Both the position numbers and the translations under genes were made by a program. 46,236 nucleotides of DNA, taken from positions 1-46,236 of IMG/VR virus record IMGVR_UViG_3300035180_002546. One strand, given 5' to 3'. The notes under the pieces were generated by a model that saw nothing but the letters and a program-made list of their open reading frames with translations, did not search any database and had not been told where the DNA came from. This DNA is from a virus. Lineage: Duplodnaviria; Caudoviricetes. This document shows, one piece after another, positions 1 through 9,468 of the stretch (position 1 is its first letter; the number at the start of each line of letters is the position of its first letter).

Positions 1-127
1 GTTTGCGCGTGCAAAGACTGCTTCAAAGGAGAATTCAGAAGCACTTGCGGGAGTCCACGCGGAATACGTCTTAACAGTTGCTGACGAAGCATCTGGTGTC
101 CCCGAACAGATTTTCAACACCGCAGAA
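1..127. repeat. Exact direct repeat of 46110-46236 (circular-assembly overlap)
   Basis: GTTTGCGCGT...ACCGCAGAA is identical at both ends. It lies inside the terL frame, and 127 is a common assembler k-mer. Non-redundant circle is 46109 bp. Confidence 0.95.
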
Positions 128-1081
128 GGTGCATGGACAAGCGGTAACATTCTCGTCATCCTCATTTCTAACCCCACCCGTATCAACGGGTACTTCTATG
201 ACACGCACCACAAGCTATCAAGTAAGTGGCAAAACCTCACCTTCTCTTCCATTGATTCCCCAATTGTTGATAATGATTATGAGGCTCAAATTGCCGAACG
301 TCATGGTCGGGATAGTACTGAATATGGTATCCGTGTGCTTGGTAAGTTTCCACGTGAAGACTCAATGGATGACTCCGGGTACGTGGCCCTTGTTACTGAG
401 AAAAATATCAATGAGCAACCTGACTTTGGGGACGATATACAGTTCAAAACAACCTCAATCCTCGGCGTTGATCCAGCGGGAGATGGAGACGATAAGACCT
501 CATGGGTCATTCGCGATCAATTTAAGGCACGCAAACTCCACGAAGAGGCTAAGTCAACTGCTAAGTCTATCGCTGAAAAGACTCTCTACTTCATTGAAAA
601 GTATGATCTTGCCCCCCGTAATGTAGTTGTCGATAGCTTTGGTGTGGGTATGGGTGTGGGTAAAGAGATTGCAATAGCTTCAAAGGGACGTGTGAGTGTC
701 ACAATGGTCAACACCGGGGACTCTTGTGAGAATGAGTCAGATGATGAGCTATATCTTAATCAACGCGCTGAGGCCTTCTACAAGGCAAAGCAATGGCTTC
801 AATCAGGGGGAGAGCTTGTTGAAAACAAGAACCTCAAGGAAGAACTCCTCTCAATCAAGTACAAGCGTAATCTTAAGGGTAAGATTCAGATCATGCCAAA
901 GCTTGATATGAAGAAGAAGTACGGGAGTAAGAGTCCAAATGATGCGGATGCATTCTCGCTCACATTCTTGCGTAACATCTCAAAACTTGGTAAGGAACAG
1001 CGAGAGGCTCAAGAAAAACTCCTTAATGGACTCGCGGAAGAGAACCATGATGATCCAATCTTTCGTCCTGGAGACTACTAG
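2..1081 (+). CDS. terL: Terminase large subunit, 3' part (continues from 45577 across the junction)
   Basis: The frame from base 2 reads FARAKTASKENSEALAGVHAEYVLTVADEASG (Walker B), then ILISNPTR, the nuclease motif ILGVDPAGDGDD and SPNDADAFSLTF. The joined ORF is about 537 aa. Confidence 0.95.
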   Translation, partial: FARAKTASKENSEALAGVHAEYVLTVADEASGVPEQIFNTAEGAWTSGNILVILISNPTRINGYFYDTHHKLSSKWQNLTFSSIDSPIVDNDYEAQIAERHGRDSTEYGIRVLGKFPREDSMDDSGYVALVTEKNINEQPDFGDDIQFKTTSILGVDPAGDGDDKTSWVIRDQFKARKLHEEAKSTAKSIAEKTLYFIEKYDLAPRNVVVDSFGVGMGVGKEIAIASKGRVSVTMVNTGDSCENESDDELYLNQRAEAFYKAKQWLQSGGELVENKNLKEELLSIKYKRNLKGKIQIMPKLDMKKKYGSKSPNDADAFSLTFLRNISKLGKEQREAQEKLLNGLAEENHDDPIFRPGDY

Positions 1082-1090
1082 TGGTATAAT
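1082..1090 (+). promoter_or_regulatory. Extended -10 promoter TGGTATAAT for a near-leaderless csp mRNA
   Basis: TGnTATAAT ends 6 nt before the ATG at 1097; no SD sequence. Confidence 0.6.
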
Positions 1091-1096
1091 ATTTGC

Positions 1097-1303
1097 ATGA
1101 TAGGTATTGTATTGCGAACTAATGGAAAAGATTTTGGATTCATGGCAGTTGATGGATATGAAAATGACGTCTTCTTTCATGAGCGCGATCTCCTTGGTCT
1201 AACAATTGTTGAACTAAAGCGCGGAGAAAAGCTTAGTATTTCTCGTGTTGAAGATAATATCAATGGCAAAGGCAAGTGTGCGCGCAATGTAAAACTTGCA
1301 TAA
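1097..1303 (+). CDS. Cold-shock domain protein
   Basis: 68 aa with RNP1-like KDFGFM, RNP2-like DVFFH and a C-terminal GKCARNV. Confidence 0.85.
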   Translation: MIGIVLRTNGKDFGFMAVDGYENDVFFHERDLLGLTIVELKRGEKLSISRVEDNINGKGKCARNVKLA

Positions 1304-1374
1304 CGCCAAGATGTATATGATAATAATTCAATAGACGGTCCTCGTAGTTTGTAGTTGTTTAGTCAAATCCATAA

Positions 1375-3393
1375 ATGGCAACCGACTCACTACAAAACCC
1401 TCCAGTCAATTCAAACGCAAGCCCTGTTGTCGTGCTTAATGTTGAAGCGCCAAAACTCACTGAAGCTGAAGTAGCGGAACGCTCATTCGATCTCAATAAA
1501 CTATACTCAATCTCTCAGGTGCGTGAGTCCCCACAGCCTCAATTCGATGGAATGGGATACATGAAGTACAACGAAACCAATGAAATGGCTGATATTTCAT
1601 TCATTCCTGCAAAGAAAAACAAGATGGACTCACGTGTTGTGTCTGGTATTACCCATGAGAAGGACTCATCTCTTCTCTCTTTGGTCCAATCATTCAATTT
1701 TGAGGGTAAGGTTCGTATCTTCTACAAGAACGAAGAGAACTATGCAGCTTCAAATGCAATGACTGCATGGGTACGCAAGACCCGCGAGCTTGAAAACTAT
1801 GATGCAAAGCGCCCTCAGTACTACCGAAATATGTTTGTACAGGGTACTTCATTCGTAGAAGAAGCGTATGTAGAGCATTACGTGCCAAAGAAAGTCATCA
1901 CCGGCACTATTGATCCAACCAAGCTTGAGAATGTTGACTGGGTGAATGCTGGTATGGAAAAAGTGTCTGACGGATGTGTTTCACACCTTGTTGACGGCAA
2001 GAAAGTGTTCATGGAAGATATCCGCCAGCCAAATATCCAACTCCAACCAGGTGTATACACTGTTGAATACGTACCTCGTGAGTATGTTCGCACCATATGG
2101 GGAGACTCATCCCGATGGAAGAACGTGCCATATAAGGCAACTCCCTCTGCAACTAGTGGATATGTCACACAAGGATCAATCTACTCAGACTGGACATTCT
2201 CTGAGGTTGACTACACGAAATGCGAGATCATCAAGGCGTACCGCCCATTTGAAGCGCGCTACCAGGTATACATCAATGGTGTACCAATGCTTCCAGCAGG
2301 CTTTCCTTTGAAGGCTATCTCCCCATCTGGGCTCATCCCTATTGCTAAGGGAGATCTTGACCTCATGAACATGTACGCATACTCAAAGAGTATCCCAGCT
2401 AAAACAAAGATGGATCAGGCCGTCTATGATGAGTTTATTCGTGTACTCCTCATCAAATTCCAACAATCAGCCTTTCCTCCTCGTGGAAATATGTCTGATC
2501 AAGTGCTCAGTTCAAATATCCTCATGCCAGGACGTATGAACCAGGATCTCACCCCTGATATGATCCCCTCTCTCCTTGGGGAAAACCATGGTCCAACAAC
2601 AGCAGACTTCTCAATTGTGAACATGCTGAAAGAACAGATCGACTCAAAGAGCATCTCAACTCTCCTTGAAGGCAACCCAAATGGACAAGATGTCACCCTT
2701 GGACAGTACATGGATATGCAAAAGAAGCAGATGCTCAAGCTTGGAGGTATCTTTGATGCGTTTATCAACTGGGAGAAGGAAATGCTCAAACTCCGCACAC
2801 TCAACCTGATTGGAAATGGTGCACAGCCTATAGGCAAGATTAAGAGTCCATATACCGGCCAAATGATCAATCAGTACCGAGATGTCTCTATGGATGATAA
2901 TTTTGGTGATACAACAGGCACTCACGTGCTCAAGTTCACTGAGGATAGCAACACAGGTATCCGATCTTCAGAAGATATCGCAGCGCAAGAGCTCAAATAC
3001 AAGGAAGAGACAGGGAAGGCTATCAAATATACATACATTGATCCAGGACTCCTCCGGGAAATTCTCGATGATCCAGACTACTACCTTTGCTATGAGGTGG
3101 TCCCAGTAGATAAGAACAACGACAAGCTCACCCAGGCGCTCTTTGTGGCTATGATCACTCAGGCTGCAAACATCTTTGGTATCGACTCTATGAACGTAGA
3201 AGAGCTCAAGAAACGCTATGCATCTGTTATGGGAGAAGACTTTGATGATCTATTCCTTGATCCACAGGCACTCCAAATGAAGCAACAGCAACAACAAGCT
3301 GCGGCAGTAGCTGCCGGCGCAACACCAGGAGCAACTGAAAAGGTACCGTCCCCAACAAGTTCGCTCCCCCAGGTTCAGAAAATGTTTCAATAA
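1375..3393 (+). CDS. Portal protein (P22-like size, Q/A-rich C-terminus)
   Basis: 672 aa, first large gene after terL, with a QQQQQAAA tail. Called from position and size. Confidence 0.8.
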   Translation: MATDSLQNPPVNSNASPVVVLNVEAPKLTEAEVAERSFDLNKLYSISQVRESPQPQFDGMGYMKYNETNEMADISFIPAKKNKMDSRVVSGITHEKDSSLLSLVQSFNFEGKVRIFYKNEENYAASNAMTAWVRKTRELENYDAKRPQYYRNMFVQGTSFVEEAYVEHYVPKKVITGTIDPTKLENVDWVNAGMEKVSDGCVSHLVDGKKVFMEDIRQPNIQLQPGVYTVEYVPREYVRTIWGDSSRWKNVPYKATPSATSGYVTQGSIYSDWTFSEVDYTKCEIIKAYRPFEARYQVYINGVPMLPAGFPLKAISPSGLIPIAKGDLDLMNMYAYSKSIPAKTKMDQAVYDEFIRVLLIKFQQSAFPPRGNMSDQVLSSNILMPGRMNQDLTPDMIPSLLGENHGPTTADFSIVNMLKEQIDSKSISTLLEGNPNGQDVTLGQYMDMQKKQMLKLGGIFDAFINWEKEMLKLRTLNLIGNGAQPIGKIKSPYTGQMINQYRDVSMDDNFGDTTGTHVLKFTEDSNTGIRSSEDIAAQELKYKEETGKAIKYTYIDPGLLREILDDPDYYLCYEVVPVDKNNDKLTQALFVAMITQAANIFGIDSMNVEELKKRYASVMGEDFDDLFLDPQALQMKQQQQQAAAVAAGATPGATEKVPSPTSSLPQVQKMFQ

Positions 3394-3408
3394 TAAATAA
3401 TTAACAAA

Positions 3409-3951
3409 TTGAGTATGGCAATTACAAAAACAATCAAACAATGGATTTTCAAGACCTTCTTTAAGGATCGTCTTCGCTTTATTGAACAAACACTTGAAGA
3501 GAAAGCCTATTGGGAGATAAAGTATAAGGAATCTCTTGATCGTATTTCAGAAATGAAGCACATGAGCAATGCTGAAAGTGTACTCCCACGCCCTACTATG
3601 GCTGATCTTATGCGTGAAGTACTTGGCACACATGTCATGAATATTTCTCACGTAGATAAGCAAAATAAGCCACCAAGCCCACTCGACGTTCCCAAAGCTC
3701 TTAGAGATCATCGTATTGCACAACTTGCAATGGTATACAACAATGAGACATTTAACCTCTTGTGTGATTATCTTGTGGATATCCAAGGCAATTTTATCGC
3801 TCGTGAAGCAAATGGAGACGTACAAATGACGTTTGGCCGTGGCAGTATCAATGGTATTGAGACTATCCGATCAGAACTAGCAAAGGCACAAGCACTATAT
3901 GAAGAGGCGACTTCGCCTCCTGAGGAGTATGACGAACATGCACCTATTTAA
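3409..3951 (+). CDS. Hypothetical head-module protein
   Basis: 180-aa ORF directly after the portal; the start may be 3415. Confidence 0.6.
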   Translation: MSMAITKTIKQWIFKTFFKDRLRFIEQTLEEKAYWEIKYKESLDRISEMKHMSNAESVLPRPTMADLMREVLGTHVMNISHVDKQNKPPSPLDVPKALRDHRIAQLAMVYNNETFNLLCDYLVDIQGNFIAREANGDVQMTFGRGSINGIETIRSELAKAQALYEEATSPPEEYDEHAPI

Positions 3952-3973
3952 TAATAATCACTAATATAAAAGT

Positions 3974-4591
3974 ATGGCAAAAGAAATAGAAAACGATGAT
4001 GGTACTAAAGAGACTTACTACAGCCCAGCTGAAGTAGAGGCAGCAGCAGCCGCGAAGGCAGCTGAAATTGCAACTGCAAAAGATGCTGAAATTGCAGCAA
4101 CTAAGGCAGAACTCGAAAGAATCAGTGCAATCCATGGTGCTCAGTCAGATAACTTCAAGAAATATAAGGATATGACTGAAGAAGAAAAGGGCAAGCTTAC
4201 CGCAAGTGAAACCGCGGAGCGTATTCGTGCAGATAAGCTCCAAGAAGACTTGGAAGCACTCAAGGGTACGATTGATGCAGATAAACAGGCGAGTGCGGCA
4301 GCTGCTAAAGAAGCTCTTATCAAGCAGTACTGTGGAGATGATAAAGATCTTCGAGCAAAGTTTGAAAAGAACATGGGCATTATTCAAGTGGACAATCTGG
4401 AAGAGAAGGCAGCAGCAGCAGCAGCTCTCACCGGCATTGCTCGTCCCGGTCAGATGAACCCACTTCACGTACACCTTATGGGTGATGCTCCTGGATTTAA
4501 GAAGGAACAAAACGAAAAGAAGGAATTTCTTGAATCTGACAAGGCAAAGGCAGCTATGGCAGCTATGGGAGATGTGCCAAAGGCTCAATAA
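3974..4591 (+). CDS. Putative scaffolding protein
   Basis: A/K/E-rich coiled coil between portal and capsid. Confidence 0.55.
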   Translation: MAKEIENDDGTKETYYSPAEVEAAAAAKAAEIATAKDAEIAATKAELERISAIHGAQSDNFKKYKDMTEEEKGKLTASETAERIRADKLQEDLEALKGTIDADKQASAAAAKEALIKQYCGDDKDLRAKFEKNMGIIQVDNLEEKAAAAAALTGIARPGQMNPLHVHLMGDAPGFKKEQNEKKEFLESDKAKAAMAAMGDVPKAQ

Positions 4592-4621
4592 TTATTAAAA
4601 TATTTAATTTAACACATATTT

Positions 4622-5386
4622 ATGGCAAAAACAGAAGAAGAAAAAGCAATAGCAGCAGCTGAAAAGGCTGCAAAGGCACGACTAGCAGAAGAGGCACAAC
4701 AGAAAGCTGAGGCAGATGCTGAGGCCGCGAAGATTAAGGCAGAGCAAGAAGCAGATCTCAATGGTCCTGAACTGACTGAAGAAGAGCTCAAGGCTCAATC
4801 AGATGCAGCTCAGGCAGCATTTGCAGCTGCACAAGCAAAGAAAAAAGATGCTGAAGGTATTGCTCCACAAGGAGAACGCATGTATTCAAAGGCTGAAATG
4901 CAAGCAATGATCAAGGCCGTTATGGATGGCAAGGATCTCGATGCTGAGGAAGAGGAAGAAGTAGCTAAGAAAAAGACTCTTCGTCTCTCACGTTTCCAGA
5001 ATAAGTTCATTACAAGCCTTAAGAACATGAATACTGATGAGTACTATCCAGATGGACAGGTATACGCCTATGATGTCTATGATGAGCGATCACGTTCAAA
5101 CATTGCTTGGGTAACCCTTGTATTCCAAGATGGTACTGATCTCGCAGTTCCACTTGAGACTGCTCTTCGCCGATCAAACAAGGTGAACTGTGAAATCGTT
5201 AAGATTGATGAAAAAGACAAGTCATACGACTTTGGAAAGGTTGAGAAGACAGAAGTCAAGGACTATAACGTCGAATCAACTGGGGAAATGATTAAGGCAA
5301 AAGTCACGCAAAAGGAATATACTTACCAAGTGAAGCTTCCATCTGGTGATGTAATCACCGTCGGACGGGAAGTAATCAACTGGTAG
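4622..5386 (+). CDS. Hypothetical protein with an A/E/K-rich N-terminus and globular C-terminus
   Basis: 254-aa ORF with an AT-rich leader, in the same operon. Confidence 0.6.
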   Translation: MAKTEEEKAIAAAEKAAKARLAEEAQQKAEADAEAAKIKAEQEADLNGPELTEEELKAQSDAAQAAFAAAQAKKKDAEGIAPQGERMYSKAEMQAMIKAVMDGKDLDAEEEEEVAKKKTLRLSRFQNKFITSLKNMNTDEYYPDGQVYAYDVYDERSRSNIAWVTLVFQDGTDLAVPLETALRRSNKVNCEIVKIDEKDKSYDFGKVEKTEVKDYNVESTGEMIKAKVTQKEYTYQVKLPSGDVITVGREVINW

Positions 5387-5426
5387 TAATGTATTTATCA
5401 ACAACATAATCAAGAGTAACAACACT

Positions 5427-5717
5427 ATGGCACCACGTAAGACACAAGAAGAGAAAGATGCTATCAAAGCCACTAAATTGGCCGAGAAAGAACAGGCTAA
5501 GGCAGCCAAAGCAGCACAAAAAACAGAAGCTAAGGCAGCTGTAAATAAAACAGATACTGTACCTTCAGTAAAAAAGCTTACTTATCAAGGACTTGAAGTC
5601 ACTTCATCTGTAATCCGAGTTCGACACAATGGGCATGACTTCATTAAGTTTCGGACAGCAGATAGTCAGAAGTTTATGATTGGCGAAAAAGACGCTGATC
5701 TTATCATTGAGGCATAA
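5427..5717 (+). CDS. Hypothetical basic protein
   Basis: 96-aa ORF with a K/A-rich N-terminus. Confidence 0.55.
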   Translation: MAPRKTQEEKDAIKATKLAEKEQAKAAKAAQKTEAKAAVNKTDTVPSVKKLTYQGLEVTSSVIRVRHNGHDFIKFRTADSQKFMIGEKDADLIIEA

Positions 5718-5721
5718 TTGT

Positions 5722-6429
5722 ATGACTATACCAACCCCAGACCCAAAAAAAGAAGCTGAACTAAAGGATATCTTTAATAAGGTTATCCTTTCCGAAGGCG
5801 TAAAAGTCTCCCAAGAGGAGGGTCTTACTGATGAGCTTGAAATCATTGCTCGAACAAATGCTATCCGAGAAGATGCAATTCTTGAGACACCGGTAACTGA
5901 AGCAGGAATCAAGGTCCGAGCAATTGCAGATAAGGCGGTAAGTGATATCGAAAACGGTATTCCTAGCCCATATACTCCAAAGATAAAGTTCGACTACAAT
6001 AAGCATCGAGATGAGACTGCAACCGTTGCTATTGAGCAGATTTTAAAGGAGATACTCCCAAAGTTTGATAATCTTGTTGCCCACATGACTGATGACGAGA
6101 CACGCCGAGAGCTCGTTGATGAAGAGTACAGTAAGGCATCATTTGAAACCCTCCAGATTCTTACAAAGAATAATGTAGGTATTGCAGCCTTCAAATACGT
6201 CTTTGAGATGCTTCGTAATGTGGTAACTACTCTTGAACAGGATTGTATGAATCAGGTAAATGGCCACCGAACTGAGATTATGGCTCGCCTATTGCGTGCT
6301 AAGAACCCAGGCACAGGTGACTTTGACCCTTCATACGCTACTTACCAGCAAGTCGTTGATCTCGTTATGAATACTCGTGAAGAAATTCCCGGAGATATTC
6401 AAGGATATGGCGGAGGATCTGCTGAATAG
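5722..6429 (+). CDS. Hypothetical protein
   Basis: The ATG at 5722 follows the upstream stop at 5717 and is preferred over 5680. Confidence 0.6.
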   Translation: MTIPTPDPKKEAELKDIFNKVILSEGVKVSQEEGLTDELEIIARTNAIREDAILETPVTEAGIKVRAIADKAVSDIENGIPSPYTPKIKFDYNKHRDETATVAIEQILKEILPKFDNLVAHMTDDETRRELVDEEYSKASFETLQILTKNNVGIAAFKYVFEMLRNVVTTLEQDCMNQVNGHRTEIMARLLRAKNPGTGDFDPSYATYQQVVDLVMNTREEIPGDIQGYGGGSAE

Positions 6430-6430
6430 T

Positions 6431-6598
6431 ATGGATGGAGATCAAGGTCTACAACCAAAACCAAGGCCAATGACTTTCAACGAGTTGAAGAATTGTCCTC
6501 GATGTTACCGACGAGAGATGAAAAAGAGAATAAAAGTGATGATACCAGGAGTACAAGATTTATCCCCAACTGAACAAAAGTTGCAGGAAAAAAGATAA
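6431..6598 (+). CDS. Small hypothetical protein (CPRC motif)
   Basis: ATG 2 nt after the previous stop; 55 aa. Confidence 0.45.
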   Translation: MDGDQGLQPKPRPMTFNELKNCPRCYRREMKKRIKVMIPGVQDLSPTEQKLQEKR

Positions 6599-6610
6599 GT
6601 GGTATATACT
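6581..6610 (+). promoter_or_regulatory. Sigma70-like promoter upstream of the capsid cluster
   Basis: TTGCAG (6581-6586) and TGGTATATACT (6600-6610). Confidence 0.55.
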
Positions 6611-6614
6611 ACAT

Positions 6615-6775
6615 TTGTTGAGTAACAATTTTCGTGTCAGGGATGACTCGCAAACGGCGCAAGCCAAACATCTACACCTCACCTCGTTGGGTTACGCCCA
6701 CCATTGATCCGAAAGGATACGCAATTATGGAACAGTAAAGGCAAGAACAGAAATGTGCTTGCCTTTTTGTTGTTT
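6615..6775 (+). ncRNA. Candidate structured leader or sRNA ending in a terminator-like hairpin
   Basis: Hairpins GGC-GCAA-GCC, TGGG-TTACG-CCCA and ATCC-GAAA-GGAT, then AAAGGCAAG..GAAA..CTTGCCTTTTT. Confidence 0.45.
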
Positions 6776-6804
6776 AGTCCACTATTAACTAATTTTTTCA
6801 AACC

Positions 6805-7218
6805 ATGACAGAACGAAACAATGGTACAGAAACCATCGAACCGAAGACATATGCAGCATCGCTTGCACAAGCTTCAGGATCATGGCTTATGTCAAATGGT
6901 ACAGGCGAATTTATCGCTCTTACCGCTACCAACCCTGTTGCTGGACTCCTTATGGAGACTATTGCATCAACTGATCCAAACTTTGCATCAGAAAAGCTCG
7001 TAAGTGTTGATCTTGTTACTTCTACTACCGACCGTTTCACTATGGACGTTAGTGCTGGTACTGCAACAAGTGAAATGGAAGGCCTCTTCTTTGATGTTGG
7101 CTCAAACCCAGGATCACTTGATGTATCAGCTCCAGGAACTCAATTCCAGGTAACTCGATTTATTTCAGCAACTCAAGTTGAAGTTCGAGTATCTAAGTTC
7201 GCAGCCGACCTTACATAG
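6805..7218 (+). CDS. Putative capsid decoration/cement protein
   Basis: 137-aa beta-rich protein immediately before the major capsid gene. Confidence 0.5.
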   Translation: MTERNNGTETIEPKTYAASLAQASGSWLMSNGTGEFIALTATNPVAGLLMETIASTDPNFASEKLVSVDLVTSTTDRFTMDVSAGTATSEMEGLFFDVGSNPGSLDVSAPGTQFQVTRFISATQVEVRVSKFAADLT

Positions 7219-7265
7219 TTAGTAATATAGCTATATTTATCAACCTTTAATCATCATTATTCACA

Positions 7266-8333
7266 ATGAATCCTAACCAATACTACGGCGCAGAGCCGAA
7301 CCCAGGAAATTCAGCACCTTTGATGGCGACCTTTACACAAAAGGAAATCTACAACCTCGTAGAGAAGTACTTTGTGGACTTCAAGGACAGTTATCCAATT
7401 GATGCTAAGCCTGTATTCATTTATCAGTCCGTTCCAATGCAAAACGGTATCATCAAGCGTTTTGATGAAAAAGACTTCTCAACTTATGCGAAGACGAAGC
7501 CAGAAGGTGCGCTCACAAAGCGTGCTAAGTACGGTATCGGCTACCACAAGGATGTGCTCATGAAGACCGTTGGTCTTGAAATGGCACTCACTGAGGAATC
7601 AATCAAGTTCAACAAGTGGGATGACGTCAAGGAAATCGGTGTAGAACTTGGTAAAACAGTTCCAAACCGCATGAACCTCGACATGACTCACTTCGCGTTC
7701 ACATTCGCTCAGTCAACCTCATACGTTGATATGGACGGATTTACGATTGATGAGACGACTGGTGACGGTGTTGCACTTGCTAGTGCTTCACACACGCTCG
7801 CTCACAGCGCTTTGACTTACACGAACATCATTCCTGGTGCTCCACAGTTTTCAAAGTCTGCTTTGATCTCAGCGGAAATCATCGCTCGTAACAACACTCT
7901 CGACAACTACGGTATTCCAAAGTCTATGAAGTTCTCACACATCTGGACAACTGGTAACCCTAACACTGTTGAAAACGTGTTGCAGTTCCTGAAGTCTATC
8001 TCTGATAACACTCAGGCCAACCCAAATGTCGAAAACACATACAAGAACCGCTACAAGCTCCTTGTTCTCGAACAGATCGACACTGACGTGTTTGGTCAGC
8101 GCGATACTACAAAGAGTAACTGGTGGGGTACTGGTGCCTTTGAAGGCGATGTGAAAGGCAAGCGCTTTACAGCAATTTATGCTGAATGGGAAGCTGCACA
8201 CATGAAGCCAGCTCCAACTTCTGACAACAATGCTAACGACTTTAGTCGAGACATTCAGAAGTACGGAACTCGTGGACGTTACAACGTTTGTGCCCTCAAC
8301 GGTATGGGTATTACGTACTCATTCGCAGTCTAG
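7266..8333 (+). CDS. Major capsid protein
   Basis: 355 aa with strong high-expression codon bias. DGVALASASH and KYGTRGRY resemble Mu gpT-like/HK97-fold capsids. Followed by a long hairpin. Confidence 0.85.
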   Translation: MNPNQYYGAEPNPGNSAPLMATFTQKEIYNLVEKYFVDFKDSYPIDAKPVFIYQSVPMQNGIIKRFDEKDFSTYAKTKPEGALTKRAKYGIGYHKDVLMKTVGLEMALTEESIKFNKWDDVKEIGVELGKTVPNRMNLDMTHFAFTFAQSTSYVDMDGFTIDETTGDGVALASASHTLAHSALTYTNIIPGAPQFSKSALISAEIIARNNTLDNYGIPKSMKFSHIWTTGNPNTVENVLQFLKSISDNTQANPNVENTYKNRYKLLVLEQIDTDVFGQRDTTKSNWWGTGAFEGDVKGKRFTAIYAEWEAAHMKPAPTSDNNANDFSRDIQKYGTRGRYNVCALNGMGITYSFAV

Positions 8334-8356
8334 TTCTAGTATTTATAAATTCAGCC

Positions 8357-8419
8357 CTTCGGGGTTGAATCCCGCTCCCGACTGCCATACTCAGTCAGGG
8401 GTGAGGTCCAACCCCGAAG
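8357..8419 (+). other. Long hairpin after the capsid gene (terminator, stabiliser or processing site)
   Basis: CTTCGGGGTTG...CAACCCCGAAG outer stem with an inner GACTG/CAGTC stem. An alternative TTCAGCCC-TTCG-GGGTTGAA hairpin overlaps it. Confidence 0.6.
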
Positions 8420-8437
8420 AGCACCTTAAACAACCAT

Positions 8438-8980
8438 ATGACATTCATTCAATATCGACGAAATGTTACTTGGGATGTCACGCTCGAACTTATTGGTTAC
8501 GGCGAAAACGGCCTTGTCGTTGATGCTGTCAAGAAGACGACTGGTGCTCCTAATACAAACGCAGGTAAATTTATTCCTGGCGCACAAATTACAAACAAGA
8601 TAGACGCAACTGTGTACTTAAACACTGGATCAACCGCTTCTCCTGTTTGGACACTCTGGAGTCCTGGTGTTACTGGTTCAACACGACAAGTTGTCGCAAA
8701 GACCAATGGCACTACACCTGTAAACGTATTTGCAAACCCTTCTGGTGTTGCAGGTACTATCCTTTCAGTGTCTGTCACTGCATTGGATGCTACAGCTGGA
8801 AACATCGTAGTAAAAGACACTGCTGGAACAGTTGCTACTGTAGCAAAGGGAACCACTGTTGGTGTTACAACTGGTGCTACCACTATCGCAAACCCAGGAT
8901 TTACTGCTGCTGGTATCCTTACCGTTGAATCCTCATCGGCTGGAAACGCAGTTGTAACAATCACCTACACGCAAGCGTAG
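8438..8980 (+). CDS. Virion structural protein (T/G/V-rich)
   Basis: YLNTGSTASPVWT motif is typical of phage head-associated proteins; located after the capsid gene. Confidence 0.6.
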   Translation: MTFIQYRRNVTWDVTLELIGYGENGLVVDAVKKTTGAPNTNAGKFIPGAQITNKIDATVYLNTGSTASPVWTLWSPGVTGSTRQVVAKTNGTTPVNVFANPSGVAGTILSVSVTALDATAGNIVVKDTAGTVATVAKGTTVGVTTGATTIANPGFTAAGILTVESSSAGNAVVTITYTQA

Positions 8981-8981
8981 T

Positions 8982-9023
8982 ACTCACTCAGCTCCTTAGA
9001 ACCCTCTAGGGGGTTGGAATGAG
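8982..9023 (+). other. Intergenic hairpin
   Basis: CTCACTCAGCTCCTTAGA-ACCC-TCTAGGGGGTTGGAATGAG imperfect stem. Confidence 0.45.
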
Positions 9024-9049
9024 CATTATCAATCAATTTATTATTCTCT

Positions 9050-9466
9050 ATGCCCCCATACAATGATTATCGCTACATGCCAATCCGAGACGCCGCTATT
9101 CTCACGACTAGTTATGTCGCAGGAAATGTTATTGGCGTAAAAGCACCACCATACATGGCTGGCCCCGTTGGACTCTACAACCAACTCATCCTCTATGTAG
9201 ACTTTACGAAAGGAAGTCTTACTACTGCTGAACTTCTTATTGAGTTTAGTGATAACCAAACCGATTGGTATCAAGAAACTGTTGATGATATCGCAGCAGC
9301 AACAGGTATTATTACTGAACATAATGCAGTACGTACCCTTACAGCAACTGGTAAATATCGTATTCCAATCAAGATCAATGATCAGTTTATCCGTGTCTCT
9401 ATCAAGGGAACCGGTACAGTAACTAGTTCTTCCGTAGCAATTAACGCCATCATAGGCAACAATTAA
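9050..9466 (+). CDS. Putative virion protein (all-beta)
   Basis: 138-aa ORF in the structural operon. Confidence 0.55.
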   Translation: MPPYNDYRYMPIRDAAILTTSYVAGNVIGVKAPPYMAGPVGLYNQLILYVDFTKGSLTTAELLIEFSDNQTDWYQETVDDIAAATGIITEHNAVRTLTATGKYRIPIKINDQFIRVSIKGTGTVTSSSVAINAIIGNN

Positions 9467-9468
9467 CT

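Noticed and set aside
335-1081. 248-aa ORF as a stand-alone gene, and the 78..626 ORF
   Set aside because: The first is the C-terminal part of TerL, whose frame is open from 45577 through the junction. The second is an off-frame overlap.
6640-6730. c-di-GMP-I riboswitch in the capsid leader
   Set aside because: GCAAAC and GAAA elements occur, but their order and stems do not match the GEMM consensus.
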